Assembly (NCBI GenBank): GCA_947458495.1
Contig: CANHAR010000001.1
Coordinates: 1 to 39,269 of the forward strand
From: Gammaproteobacteria bacterium
GTDB lineage: Bacteria > Pseudomonadota > Gammaproteobacteria > Pseudomonadales > Pseudohongiellaceae
DNA: 39,269 nt
Direction of reading: 5' to 3'
Both the position numbers and the translations under genes were made by a program. The notes beneath the pieces were generated by a model that ran no database searches, had not been told where the DNA came from, and saw only the letters and a list, made by a program, of their open reading frames with translations. Below, one piece after another: positions 1 to 8,097 of this stretch. The first letter of the stretch is position 1; each line of letters begins with the position of its first letter.

Positions 1-2
1 CG

Positions 3-209
3 AGTGTCATCGATGACAGGCATTTGCGCATCGTGGTGGCAGATGATGGTCCTGGTGCAGTCAAAGATCCGGAATCGACAGGAGTTGGGTTAAAAAATAT
101 CCGCGACCGGCTTAGGGAGATTTATGGTGCCAATCATCAGCTACTATTCACATCACGTGAACCCAGAGGTTTTCAGGTAGAGGTGGTAATCCCTTATGAA
201 ACACGATAA
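3..209 (+). CDS. LytS/YehU-type sensor histidine kinase, C-terminal HATPase fragment (5' end outside window)
   Basis: Frame is open from the window edge; VADDGPG (G1 box) and STGVGLKNIRDRL (G2 box of LytS-family kinases); overlaps the start of a LytTR regulator. Confidence 0.88.
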   Translation, partial: SVIDDRHLRIVVADDGPGAVKDPESTGVGLKNIRDRLREIYGANHQLLFTSREPRGFQVEVVIPYETR

Positions 210-1017
210 CTCAGTTCAAATGATGCGGGTTTTGGTAGTGGATGATGAAGCTCTCGCTCGTAAGGGTTTGATGTTACGGCTGCAGGAACTCGGAAAAACA
301 GAGGTTTTGCGCGAGTGCCAGAATGGCAGAGAGGCTCTGGAAGCCATTGCGGAATTGACACCAGACCTGGTGTTTCTGGACATTCAAATGCCTGGCATGA
401 GCGGTTTTGATGTGGTCGAAAGGCTGCAGCAGGACAATATGCCCCTGGTGATCTTTGTAACAGCTTACGATGCTTATGCAGTGAATGCCTTTGAGGTCCA
501 TGCCGTCGATTACTTGTTAAAACCAATCGAGCTGGATCGATTGTCGCTTGCGCTGGATAAAGCTATCGAGCGGATTTCCAGCAAGCGGGACAACTATGAT
601 AAACAACGATTGCTGGATATTGTGATCGGACTGACTGGTAAGACAGAGTTAGCGGTGATCGAGTTAATCAGTTCTGGTGAAAGCACGGCCACGTATGGCG
701 AAAAGCTTGCAATCAAAGATGGTGCTTCCACCACGTTTGTTCCTGTGAAAGATATTGATTGGATCGATGCGGCCGGTGATTACATGTGTGTGCACGTCAA
801 GGGTGCTACTCTGATCATGCGCACCACCATGAAAGAACTGGAAGAACAGCTTGATCCTAGGGTATTCCAACGCGTACATCGCTCAACAATTGTGAATTTG
901 GATCGTGTGGAGAAAGTATCCTCACACATCAACGGCGAGTTCCATTTGACCTTAAGTTGCGGGACGTCGTTAAAAATGAGCCGTTCTTACAAAGATAAAG
1001 TGAAACACTTTTTTTAG
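196..1017 (+). CDS. LytTR-family two-component response regulator
   Basis: Receiver motifs VVDDE, FLDIQMPG, FVTAYD, DYLLKP; LytTR domain DWIDAAGDYMCVH...FQRVHRSTIVN; SD-like AGGTGG at 181-186. Confidence 0.95.
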   Translation: MKHDNSVQMMRVLVVDDEALARKGLMLRLQELGKTEVLRECQNGREALEAIAELTPDLVFLDIQMPGMSGFDVVERLQQDNMPLVIFVTAYDAYAVNAFEVHAVDYLLKPIELDRLSLALDKAIERISSKRDNYDKQRLLDIVIGLTGKTELAVIELISSGESTATYGEKLAIKDGASTTFVPVKDIDWIDAAGDYMCVHVKGATLIMRTTMKELEEQLDPRVFQRVHRSTIVNLDRVEKVSSHINGEFHLTLSCGTSLKMSRSYKDKVKHFF

Positions 1018-1491
1018 TCATGGCAAGTGCTGAAGCGGCAACGCTGTAGTATCAAGAACTTTGCGCAAAATAAAACTTGAGTGCACATCGGCGACCCCCT
1101 CAATCCTTGTCAGGATGTTCAGCAGGAATTCTTGATAAAAGTCCATGTCCGGTACGATCACCTTAAGTTGGTAATCAGCTGACTGACCGGTGATCAGCAG
1201 GCATTCTACGACTTGTGGATATTTCTTTATCTCTGCTTCAAAACGTTCAAACCGGTCAGGCGTGTGCCTGTCCATACTGACCTGCACCAATGCGCTGAGT
1301 TTTAAACCCAACTGCGATGCGTTCAGGATAATCACCTGGCCTTGTATCAAACCTTCATCCTGCATGCGTTTGACTCGTCGTGCGCAAGGCGTCGCTGACA
1401 GGCCAACGCGCTCAGCAAGATCAGTATTGCTGATGCTGCCATCGATCTGCAGTTCACGAAGAATTCGTTTATCGAGTTTATCAAATTCCAC
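1018..1491 (-). CDS. Lrp/AsnC-family transcriptional regulator
   Basis: N-terminal HTH DKRILRELQIDGSISNTDLAERVGLSATPCARRVKRM; RAM domain VVECLLITGQSADYQLKV; GTG start; its stop codon directly abuts the LytTR stop. Confidence 0.95.
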   Translation of the reverse strand: MEFDKLDKRILRELQIDGSISNTDLAERVGLSATPCARRVKRMQDEGLIQGQVIILNASQLGLKLSALVQVSMDRHTPDRFERFEAEIKKYPQVVECLLITGQSADYQLKVIVPDMDFYQEFLLNILTRIEGVADVHSSFILRKVLDTTALPLQHLP

Positions 1492-1611
1492 AAGATTGCC
1501 TATAAGTAGCGTAATGAACTAATAAAATAGCTCAAAGTAGTGATACCGTCTATTAATAAAGGTTTTATTCGAAAAAACAAGGTGGATTCACTCGTGCTGT
1601 ATGGCTAATCT

Positions 1612-1761
1612 ATGCAGCATCCGGAACAGGCTCTGTTAGCAGATTACCTTTTGCTACGTGCGCCGGGCTTGATGAGTGACTTAAGGCAGATGTCTAACAC
1701 CGAAATCCTGCTGTTTTGTTCTCCTCCTGAATTCATAAAATTCAGTTTGCCAGCCGGGTAG
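1612..1761 (+). promoter_or_regulatory. Candidate Leu-rich leader peptide (49 aa) upstream of leuA
   Basis: Hand translation MQHPEQALLADYLLLRAPGLMSDLRQMSNTEILLFCSPPEFIKFSLPAG*; 10 Leu codons, including CTT-TTG-CTA at 1648-1656; ends 30 nt before leuA. No clear SD or terminator. Confidence 0.4.
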
Positions 1762-1791
1762 TGTCTAATCTAATCACGAAAGGAAAGGCAA

Positions 1792-3474
1792 ATGTCAGTG
1801 CAGAACCGTTTTGATCATCGAAAGTATGTAGCGTTCCCGCCTGTTGGACTAAAGGATAGAACCTGGCCGGATCAGCTAATCTCAGGTGCGCCACGCTGGT
1901 GCAGCGTTGATCTGCGGGATGGCAACCAGGCGCTGATTGAACCGATGTCAGTCAATCAAAAAAAGCAGATGTTTGATTTACTTTTGGAGGTAGGCTTCAA
2001 AGAAATCGAGGTGGGTTTTCCTTCAGCATCTCAGCCTGATTTTGACTTCGTGCGTTATCTTGTTGAAGAAAATCGTATTCCTGATGACGTAACCGTGCAG
2101 GTGTTGACACAAGCGCGGCCCGAATTGATTGCGCGTACCTATGAGTCCCTGAAAGGTGTTAAGCGCGCCATTGTGCATGTCTACAATTCAACATCGGTTG
2201 TACAGCGTCAGAAAGTGTTTAAAACCAGCAAGCAGGGGATTATTGATATTGCTGTCGCTGGTGCCCGTGATGTGAAAGAGATTGCAGACAAGTACCCGGA
2301 AACAGACTGGACTTTTCAATACTCACCAGAAAGTTTTACAGGGACTGAAATTGATTATGCGGTTGAAGTTTGCAACGCGGTTATCAATGTGTGGCAACCA
2401 ACTCCTGAAAAAAAATGCATTATCAATCTGCCTGCAACGGTCGAAATGTCGACACCCAATGTCTTCGCCGATCAGGTTGAATTCTTCTGCCGGCATGTCA
2501 ACAGACGCGATTCGGTTGTGGTGAGTTTACACACTCATAATGACCGTGGCTGTGCAGTCGCGGCAGCAGAGTTAGCCGTGATGGCTGGCGCAGACCGTGT
2601 TGAAGGTACGTTGCTTGGTAACGGAGAGCGCACCGGCAATATGGATATCATTACCATGGCCATGAATTTATACAGTCAGGGCATAGACCCGATGCTCGAC
2701 TTCAGCGATATGGACAAAATCTGTTCAGTTAGCAAAGCATGCACACAGATTGATGTTCATCCCCGACAACCGTATGCAGGAGATCTTGTTTTTACTGCAT
2801 TTTCGGGCAGTCATCAGGATGCTATCAAAAAATGTCTCGATCTTTATGAGGAAGGTTCGACTTGGGAAATCGCTTACTTGCCGATTGATCCCCGCGACCT
2901 CGGCCGTACTTATCAGGATGTGATCAGAGTCAACAGTCAATCGGGTAAAGGCGGTGTGGCTTATGTCCTGCAAAGCAAATTCGGTTTTAATTTGCCGCGT
3001 TGGTTACAGATCGAGTTCAGCCGGGTTGTGCAAAAAGAAGCTGAAGTCACCGGTCAGGAGATCTCACCCGATAAAATCTGGTCATTGTTCCAGTCCACAT
3101 TTCTGGCAGCACAGCAATCTGTAAAACTTGAAACGTTTACCTTTGAAAAATCAGGCGAAGGAGAGCGCTTTAAAGCGACGCTCGATTGTTTCGGGCAAAA
3201 GCTTGCTATAAACGGTCAGGGAGATGGCGTTATGGACGCTTTTGTTGAAGCAATCAAAAAAGCGACTCATATAGAATTTGAGATTATGGAGTACGGTGAA
3301 CATGCCTTAAGTCAGGGCGCTGACGCGGATGCTGTGACTTATATCCAACTGAAAAGCGGGATGCAGCGCTATACCGGCGTCGCAATCAGCCGCGACATTG
3401 TTTCCTCATCCCTCAACGCATTGCTTCGCGCCGCCGCGCAACTCATCCACGAAGCCCAACAAAAGACCGCCTGA
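1792..3474 (+). CDS. leuA: 2-isopropylmalate synthase (LeuA, yeast/actinobacterial-like type)
   Basis: WCSVDLRDGNQAL, HTHNDRG, GNGERTGN, AFSGSHQDAIKK, IRVNSQSGKGG; C-terminal regulatory domain present; SD AGGAAAGG. Confidence 0.97.
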   Translation: MSVQNRFDHRKYVAFPPVGLKDRTWPDQLISGAPRWCSVDLRDGNQALIEPMSVNQKKQMFDLLLEVGFKEIEVGFPSASQPDFDFVRYLVEENRIPDDVTVQVLTQARPELIARTYESLKGVKRAIVHVYNSTSVVQRQKVFKTSKQGIIDIAVAGARDVKEIADKYPETDWTFQYSPESFTGTEIDYAVEVCNAVINVWQPTPEKKCIINLPATVEMSTPNVFADQVEFFCRHVNRRDSVVVSLHTHNDRGCAVAAAELAVMAGADRVEGTLLGNGERTGNMDIITMAMNLYSQGIDPMLDFSDMDKICSVSKACTQIDVHPRQPYAGDLVFTAFSGSHQDAIKKCLDLYEEGSTWEIAYLPIDPRDLGRTYQDVIRVNSQSGKGGVAYVLQSKFGFNLPRWLQIEFSRVVQKEAEVTGQEISPDKIWSLFQSTFLAAQQSVKLETFTFEKSGEGERFKATLDCFGQKLAINGQGDGVMDAFVEAIKKATHIEFEIMEYGEHALSQGADADAVTYIQLKSGMQRYTGVAISRDIVSSSLNALLRAAAQLIHEAQQKTA

Positions 3475-3500
3475 TTCTGACCATAGGTTGAACAATAGCA

Positions 3501-3658
3501 GGCCTTGCCGTCCCCAGCGGGAAGTGAGCGAGGCACAATCAGGCGCGAAGCGCCGTGCCGAGGAACTTCCCGCTGGGGACGGCAAGGCCGTGAGTCTTGA
3601 TGTCGAGGCACAATCAGGCGCGAAGCGCCGTGCTGAGGAACTTCCCGCTGGGGACGGC
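3501..3658. repeat. Composite REP/REPIN-like palindromic element: 25-bp perfect inverted repeat plus 55-bp direct repeat
   Basis: GGCCTTGCCGTCCCCAGCGGGAAGT (3501-3525) is the exact reverse complement of 3565-3589. Segment 3529-3583 recurs at 3604-3658 (75-bp period, one mismatch, C3559/T3634). Each unit has an inner GGCAC-aatca-GGCGC-GAA-GCGCC-GTGCY hairpin. Intergenic and GC-rich. Confidence 0.9.
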
Positions 3659-3744
3659 TCCGGCGGGCATTCCATTCGGTAAACTAAAAGGGCAAACTCA
3701 CCCAAACTATTCTTGTGTCTGTATCGACAAACCCCTCGAGAATC

Positions 3745-4296
3745 ATGGACCAATCCGACAATCAGTTGATTGCTGCCGCGCTTGCCGGGTCATTACCCGC
3801 CTGGGATGCTTTGGTGCGTCGTCATGAAAGGCGTGTGTATAACCTCGGTTTGCGACTGCTGAATAATCCCGATGATGCATTTGACCTTGTTCAGGATGTG
3901 TTTTTAGGTGTCTACCGCAATTTATACAGATTTCGGGGAGAGTCACAGTTTAGTACCTGGTTGTTTCGAATTGTTCACAACAAAGCAGTGGACTTGATTA
4001 GACGAAGACAGTCTGGGCCAGAGATTGAAGACTGGTTTGAAGAGGGAACGCCCGAACCTGCAAACGATTTACCGGGCCCCCTGGATTCATATCTGGAAAC
4101 TGAAATGAACCAGCGAATCAGTCAGTTTATGTCGAGACTGCCTCCTGCCCAACGTTTGATTGTGGAGTTAAAAGTGTTTCAGGCACTGACATTTGAAGAG
4201 ATTGCACCCTTGCAGGATATCCCGGTGAATACCGCTAAAACCCGGTTTTACACAGCCCTTAAAAATTTGAAAACCATGATCGAGGCACAAACATGA
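3745..4296 (+). CDS. ECF (sigma-70 group 4) RNA polymerase sigma factor
   Basis: Region 2 DAFDLVQDVFLGVYRNLYRFRGESQFSTWLFRIVHNKAVD; region 4 LTFEEIA...PVNTAKTRFYTAL. ATG 3745 preferred over the ORF-track start at 3715. Confidence 0.95.
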   Translation: MDQSDNQLIAAALAGSLPAWDALVRRHERRVYNLGLRLLNNPDDAFDLVQDVFLGVYRNLYRFRGESQFSTWLFRIVHNKAVDLIRRRQSGPEIEDWFEEGTPEPANDLPGPLDSYLETEMNQRISQFMSRLPPAQRLIVELKVFQALTFEEIAPLQDIPVNTAKTRFYTALKNLKTMIEAQT

Positions 4297-4937
4297 GCTG
4301 CCCACATACACCTGAAATAATTGCTGATCACTGTGATGCTGATATTCCTCCTGAAGTTCTTAAGCGGCATCGTGTGCATTTGGATACTTGCAAGGTTTGT
4401 CAGCAGGAGTTGATATCTCTGCGCGGTGTGCCAGGAGAATTGTTGCGCTGGCAGTCTATTCCTTTGCCGGACTGGGATCGCTCTGGCATGGTCAAATCAA
4501 CAAGCAGAAGAAAGACATTTGCCAGCCGCTCTTACCAGTGGCCAACGATCCGGCAGTGGCTGCCATTGGTGGCCAGTCTGTTACTGGCAGTTGCGGTGGT
4601 GACTCAGACCAGATTATCAGTAGGGCCGCAGGGGTGGTCCGTTAGTTTTGGTGTTCCGTCAGGTGGCTTGAGCGCAGAGCAACTGGATGAATATCTGACT
4701 GCGCACGCCAACACCCTCCAGACTGAGACACGGCAATGGGTAGAAGCGGCGTTACAAACGCACGGCCAAATTACAGCGGACAGTATCTATCAGTGGATGA
4801 CCTATATTGAACAGCAACGCGCTCTGGATGTGCAGCGTATGGATGCGGGATTCGATCAGCTGATGAATCGTGATTTTCAAACAGTGGACACTGTCAGGCA
4901 GCTTGCCAGTTACGTCATGTATCAGGAGGCGCCATGA
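4293..4937 (+). CDS. Putative zinc-binding (ZAS) transmembrane anti-sigma factor
   Basis: HxxxCxxC motif (HLDTCKVC); one hydrophobic segment WLPLVASLLLAVAVV; helical C-terminal region; ATGA overlap with the sigma gene. Confidence 0.85.
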   Translation: MSCPHTPEIIADHCDADIPPEVLKRHRVHLDTCKVCQQELISLRGVPGELLRWQSIPLPDWDRSGMVKSTSRRKTFASRSYQWPTIRQWLPLVASLLLAVAVVTQTRLSVGPQGWSVSFGVPSGGLSAEQLDEYLTAHANTLQTETRQWVEAALQTHGQITADSIYQWMTYIEQQRALDVQRMDAGFDQLMNRDFQTVDTVRQLASYVMYQEAP

Positions 4938-5983
4938 GCTACTCCTGTCGACCATGGCTTTTGCTGTCGGGTTTTTTAACGGCGGCGTTTGTCGCGTCCG
5001 TCAATGCGCAGACTGTTGATGATGAGATGCAAGTCATGCGGCAGAATATCAATCTACTGAGTTCAACGCTGGCAGATGGATTAGGTTTGAATGAGCGCCG
5101 GGGTGTTTTCAGTCCAAGGGCCGGCGATATCAGAGGGCGGTACCTGCAAGGATTTGGCGTGATGCTTGAGGTGAGCAGTAACTGGCAACCCTCTGAATTT
5201 AAGATTATGGATTCTTTTGGTGGCTCTCTCGAGCAGCTCAGTAGTCAGTTGGACGGTCTGATCCTGCAAGGAGTTGTTCAACGCCCGGATTTTGAAGCCA
5301 TGCGCGATCAATTGGCGTTATCCATGCGTACGGATGAGGTGGCAGTCTATTATCGTGAAATGATGCAACAGATTTCTTCGATACAAGAAATACCAGCGAT
5401 TGAGCGTGGTCTTGCACTGGCTGTGAGCTCAGTCCAGACATTGCAATCAATGGGGCAGATAGATGACAGCACAAGGATTGCGATTAGCAATGAGGTTCAG
5501 AGTATCCGGTTGGACCTCGATCAGCAGTTGCAGGCATTGAGTGAGCTCAGAGAGCAGATTCGATATCAGGCGGTGTCTTTTGAAACGTTACCGGATCAGA
5601 CGACTCAGGAGCGTTGGCTCACCTTGAGAGAAGAGTTGAGTCGTAGCTTGCAAGCATTGCAATCCAGAATGAATGAGCAGTCCGCCCTGTTACAAAATGA
5701 ACGCGAAAAAGCAGAGCAAATAAACCGTGAACAGGCGCAGCGCGCACTAGAAATTTTTCAGGGCAGGCTCTTCGAATTGCTGTGTGACTATAGCGCTGGT
5801 TTACGAGGTTTACCGGCAGATGAGTCCGTCAACGTGGTTCTGCTGGGGGCGGGAGATGCCATGGCGGATGCATCAAGACGCGATATTGTGTTCAACATCG
5901 ACAGAGAATCGCTGCTTTTATGTCAACAAGGCAGGTTAACTCCACAACAGTTACAGGTGGGTGCCATGCGTTATCAGTATTAG
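4934..5983 (+). CDS. Exported hypothetical protein with long central coiled coil
   Basis: Signal-peptide-like N terminus (ASVNA|Q); Q/E/L/R-rich heptad middle; ends YQY; ATGA overlap with the anti-sigma gene. Confidence 0.8.
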   Translation: MSYSCRPWLLLSGFLTAAFVASVNAQTVDDEMQVMRQNINLLSSTLADGLGLNERRGVFSPRAGDIRGRYLQGFGVMLEVSSNWQPSEFKIMDSFGGSLEQLSSQLDGLILQGVVQRPDFEAMRDQLALSMRTDEVAVYYREMMQQISSIQEIPAIERGLALAVSSVQTLQSMGQIDDSTRIAISNEVQSIRLDLDQQLQALSELREQIRYQAVSFETLPDQTTQERWLTLREELSRSLQALQSRMNEQSALLQNEREKAEQINREQAQRALEIFQGRLFELLCDYSAGLRGLPADESVNVVLLGAGDAMADASRRDIVFNIDRESLLLCQQGRLTPQQLQVGAMRYQY

Positions 5984-6206
5984 TCTTGTTTCGCATAGAC
6001 TAACAATAGGAATTGATTCTTGGTTTTAGTGTGATGTTAAAGACAAAAGTCACGCTGTCATGGCTGCGTTTTATCTTATAGACTAATGGCTTGTCGCAGA
6101 TTTTGATTGATTCCTTTTTTGAATCAGATGGCGGCGATTGAAACTGCGATGATAATAATAAGTCTGGTGCTGAACACTCAGATTCAGATGCAGCAAGGAG
6201 ATAAAG

Positions 6207-6596
6207 ATGGATTGCCCTAAATGTAATGCAAAAATGAATGAACGATCAGTTGAAGTACTGCATGGTACAGTGGTGATCGATCAATGTTCAGGTTGCCAGG
6301 GGCTTTGGTTTGACAATGGCGAAGCTGAACAGCTTAAAGATTCTTGGATGTCTGATTTTCTGGATGGCGGTGACCCGCGAATAGGAAAGACTTACAATCG
6401 AGTGCGCGATATTCAGTGTCCCCGTTGCCAAAAACCGATGCAAAAAGTGAATGATTCCCATCAGCCACATCTTGAATACGAAGCCTGCGCTGAACACGGC
6501 ATGTTCATGGATGCAGGTGAATTTACCGATTACAAACACGAAACCTTGATAGATATTTTCAAGGGCCTCGTCGCGTCGTTAAAGCGTCGTCGTTGA
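6207..6596 (+). CDS. Tandem zinc-ribbon (zf-TFIIB-like) protein
   Basis: CPKC...IDQCSGCQGLWFDNGE and CPRC...YEACAEHGMFMDAGE; strong SD AAGGAG. Confidence 0.88.
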   Translation: MDCPKCNAKMNERSVEVLHGTVVIDQCSGCQGLWFDNGEAEQLKDSWMSDFLDGGDPRIGKTYNRVRDIQCPRCQKPMQKVNDSHQPHLEYEACAEHGMFMDAGEFTDYKHETLIDIFKGLVASLKRRR

Positions 6597-6613
6597 TACG
6601 TTTTCTGATTCGA

Positions 6614-7480
6614 TTACTTGTACACTGCAGCCGCGTTTGCTGGTAGTGCAATGTTCCAGCGCGGGTGATACCAGATGGCTCGCTCTGCGCAACCGGCCGG
6701 AAGCTGCCTTATCCGACCTAGATCCATCCAGCTGTTGGAAGGTGTGTGGAAATCCGAACCTACTGACGCCCAGAGTCCCGCCTGTAATGTTTGTTGAGCC
6801 AGTGCTGACATTTTTTCCGGGTGCAGATTTGAGTAACTGACTTCAACAGCATCACCGCCAGCTTCTGCAAAAATTGCCATCAGTCTTTTTAGTTTTGCTC
6901 TGTTAAAGTCATATCGGTCCGGGTGTGCCAACACAGAGAGGCCGCCGGCCTGCCTCACAATACTTGTTGCGTGTTGCAGGTCGCACCACGGAATAGTGGC
7001 TTGAAATTTGCCACCTTTGCCAAGGTATTTACTAAAAGCCAGTTGTTTAGAGCCAACGTATCCGGCATCAACCAAGAAGGAAGCAATATGGCTTCTGCCA
7101 ACAGATTCACATGGCAATTGCTCGAGATAATCGTGTAGTCCATTAATGCCGGCGCGCTGCATCTGGTCAGCTATATTTTCTGCACGTATCTTTCGTAGGC
7201 ACTGCTGATGCCGCAGAAGTGTTTTTAGACCCGTATTATCGATATCCAACAACAAACCGACCACATGTACTTCACGGCCATCCCAGTTGGTAGAAATTTC
7301 AACTCCCGTAATGAGTTGCAGATTTATGTTGCTGAAGTATTTCAGTTGGTGATGAGCACCAATGGTGTCATGATCGGTGATAGCAAGTTGTCTGATCCCC
7401 AGCGCAAGTGCCCGTGCACAGAGCGCTTCCGGAGCAAGATCTCCATCGGACAACCACGTATGTGAGTGCAAATCAATCAT
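6614..7480 (-). CDS. PHP-domain protein of the YciV/TrpH (RNase AM-like) family
   Basis: IDLHSHT.SDG, AITDHD, GVEIS, VLAHP, GSDFH metal-binding motifs. Confidence 0.9.
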   Translation of the reverse strand: MIDLHSHTWLSDGDLAPEALCARALALGIRQLAITDHDTIGAHHQLKYFSNINLQLITGVEISTNWDGREVHVVGLLLDIDNTGLKTLLRHQQCLRKIRAENIADQMQRAGINGLHDYLEQLPCESVGRSHIASFLVDAGYVGSKQLAFSKYLGKGGKFQATIPWCDLQHATSIVRQAGGLSVLAHPDRYDFNRAKLKRLMAIFAEAGGDAVEVSYSNLHPEKMSALAQQTLQAGLWASVGSDFHTPSNSWMDLGRIRQLPAGCAERAIWYHPRWNIALPANAAAVYK

Positions 7481-7541
7481 GGAGCGCAGCCTACGTCAGC
7501 GACCAAGCCTTGTAAATCAGCAATGCTTCACGAGCAGAGGA

Positions 7542-7574
7542 ATAGTTGATTAAATTACTGTGGTATTTCATAAT
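7542..7574 (+). promoter_or_regulatory. sigma70 promoter of iscR overlapped by a type-1 IscR operator
   Basis: TTGATT (7546-7551)-N17-CATAAT (7569-7574); 25-bp ATAGTTGATTAAATTACTGTGGTAT (7542-7566) resembles the IscR type-1 autoregulatory site and covers the -35. Confidence 0.75.
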
Positions 7575-7601
7575 CCCACACAAATTCTGAGGGTATGACC
7601 A

Positions 7602-8075
7602 ATGAGACTCACGACCAAAGGCCGCTACGCAGTAACTGCGATGCTTGATCTGGCAATACATGCGGATCGGGAACCTGTGACTCTTTCTGATATTTCTGTT
7701 CGCCAGGATATTTCCTTGTCTTACCTGGAACAATTGTTTGCACGTTTGCGGCGTAGTGAACTCGTTCAGAGCGTCAGAGGGCCGGGCGGTGGTTACCGTC
7801 TGGGTAAGACAACAAGTCAGATTGCGATTGTTGATATCATTGATGCGGTAGATGAATCAGTTGATGCTACCAAGTGCAACGGACTTGGCAATTGTCAACA
7901 AGGTGAAACGTGTCTGACCCACTATTTGTGGGAAGACCTGAGTCAGCAGATTCATGATTTTCTGCGCGGCATCAGCCTTGCTGATCTGATGGCTCGACAG
8001 GATGTTCGCAGGATTTCCAGTTATCAGGACGAGCGGCGTGAGCTTATTGTCAAGGATCTGCGCCTGTTATCCTGA
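7602..8075 (+). CDS. iscR: Fe-S cluster assembly transcription factor IscR
   Basis: [34 protein letters not shown]; cluster ligands C-x5-C-x5-C-x2-H retained ([16 protein letters not shown]). Confidence 0.96.
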   Translation: MRLTTKGRYAVTAMLDLAIHADREPVTLSDISVRQDISLSYLEQLFARLRRSELVQSVRGPGGGYRLGKTTSQIAIVDIIDAVDESVDATKCNGLGNCQQGETCLTHYLWEDLSQQIHDFLRGISLADLMARQDVRRISSYQDERRELIVKDLRLLS

Positions 8076-8097
8076 CTGTTGGGGGGAAGTAGAAAGT

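Noticed and set aside
3501-3600. Rho-independent terminator for leuA, or retron msr-msd
   Set aside because: No U-tract on either strand, and no reverse transcriptase in the window.
3529-3658. CRISPR array
   Set aside because: Only two 55-bp units with a 20-bp gap, embedded in a larger inverted repeat; no cas genes or leader.
3686-3720. c-di-GMP-I riboswitch, suggested by AAGGGCAAAC
   Set aside because: The following GAAA-capped stem and the GACGCAAAG segment are absent.
3369-3827. ORFs across the repeat (e.g. 3398-3682 with EAQSGAKRRAEELPAGDG twice)
   Set aside because: They stay open because the element is GC-rich with a 75-bp period; they overlap leuA or the sigma gene and lack an SD.
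8002-8097. N-terminal extensions in the ORF track (iscS 8002, rodZ 10916, guaA 25240, pspC 33536, ypjD 37535)
   Set aside because: They overlap neighbouring genes or promoters; downstream ATGs match the known family N termini.
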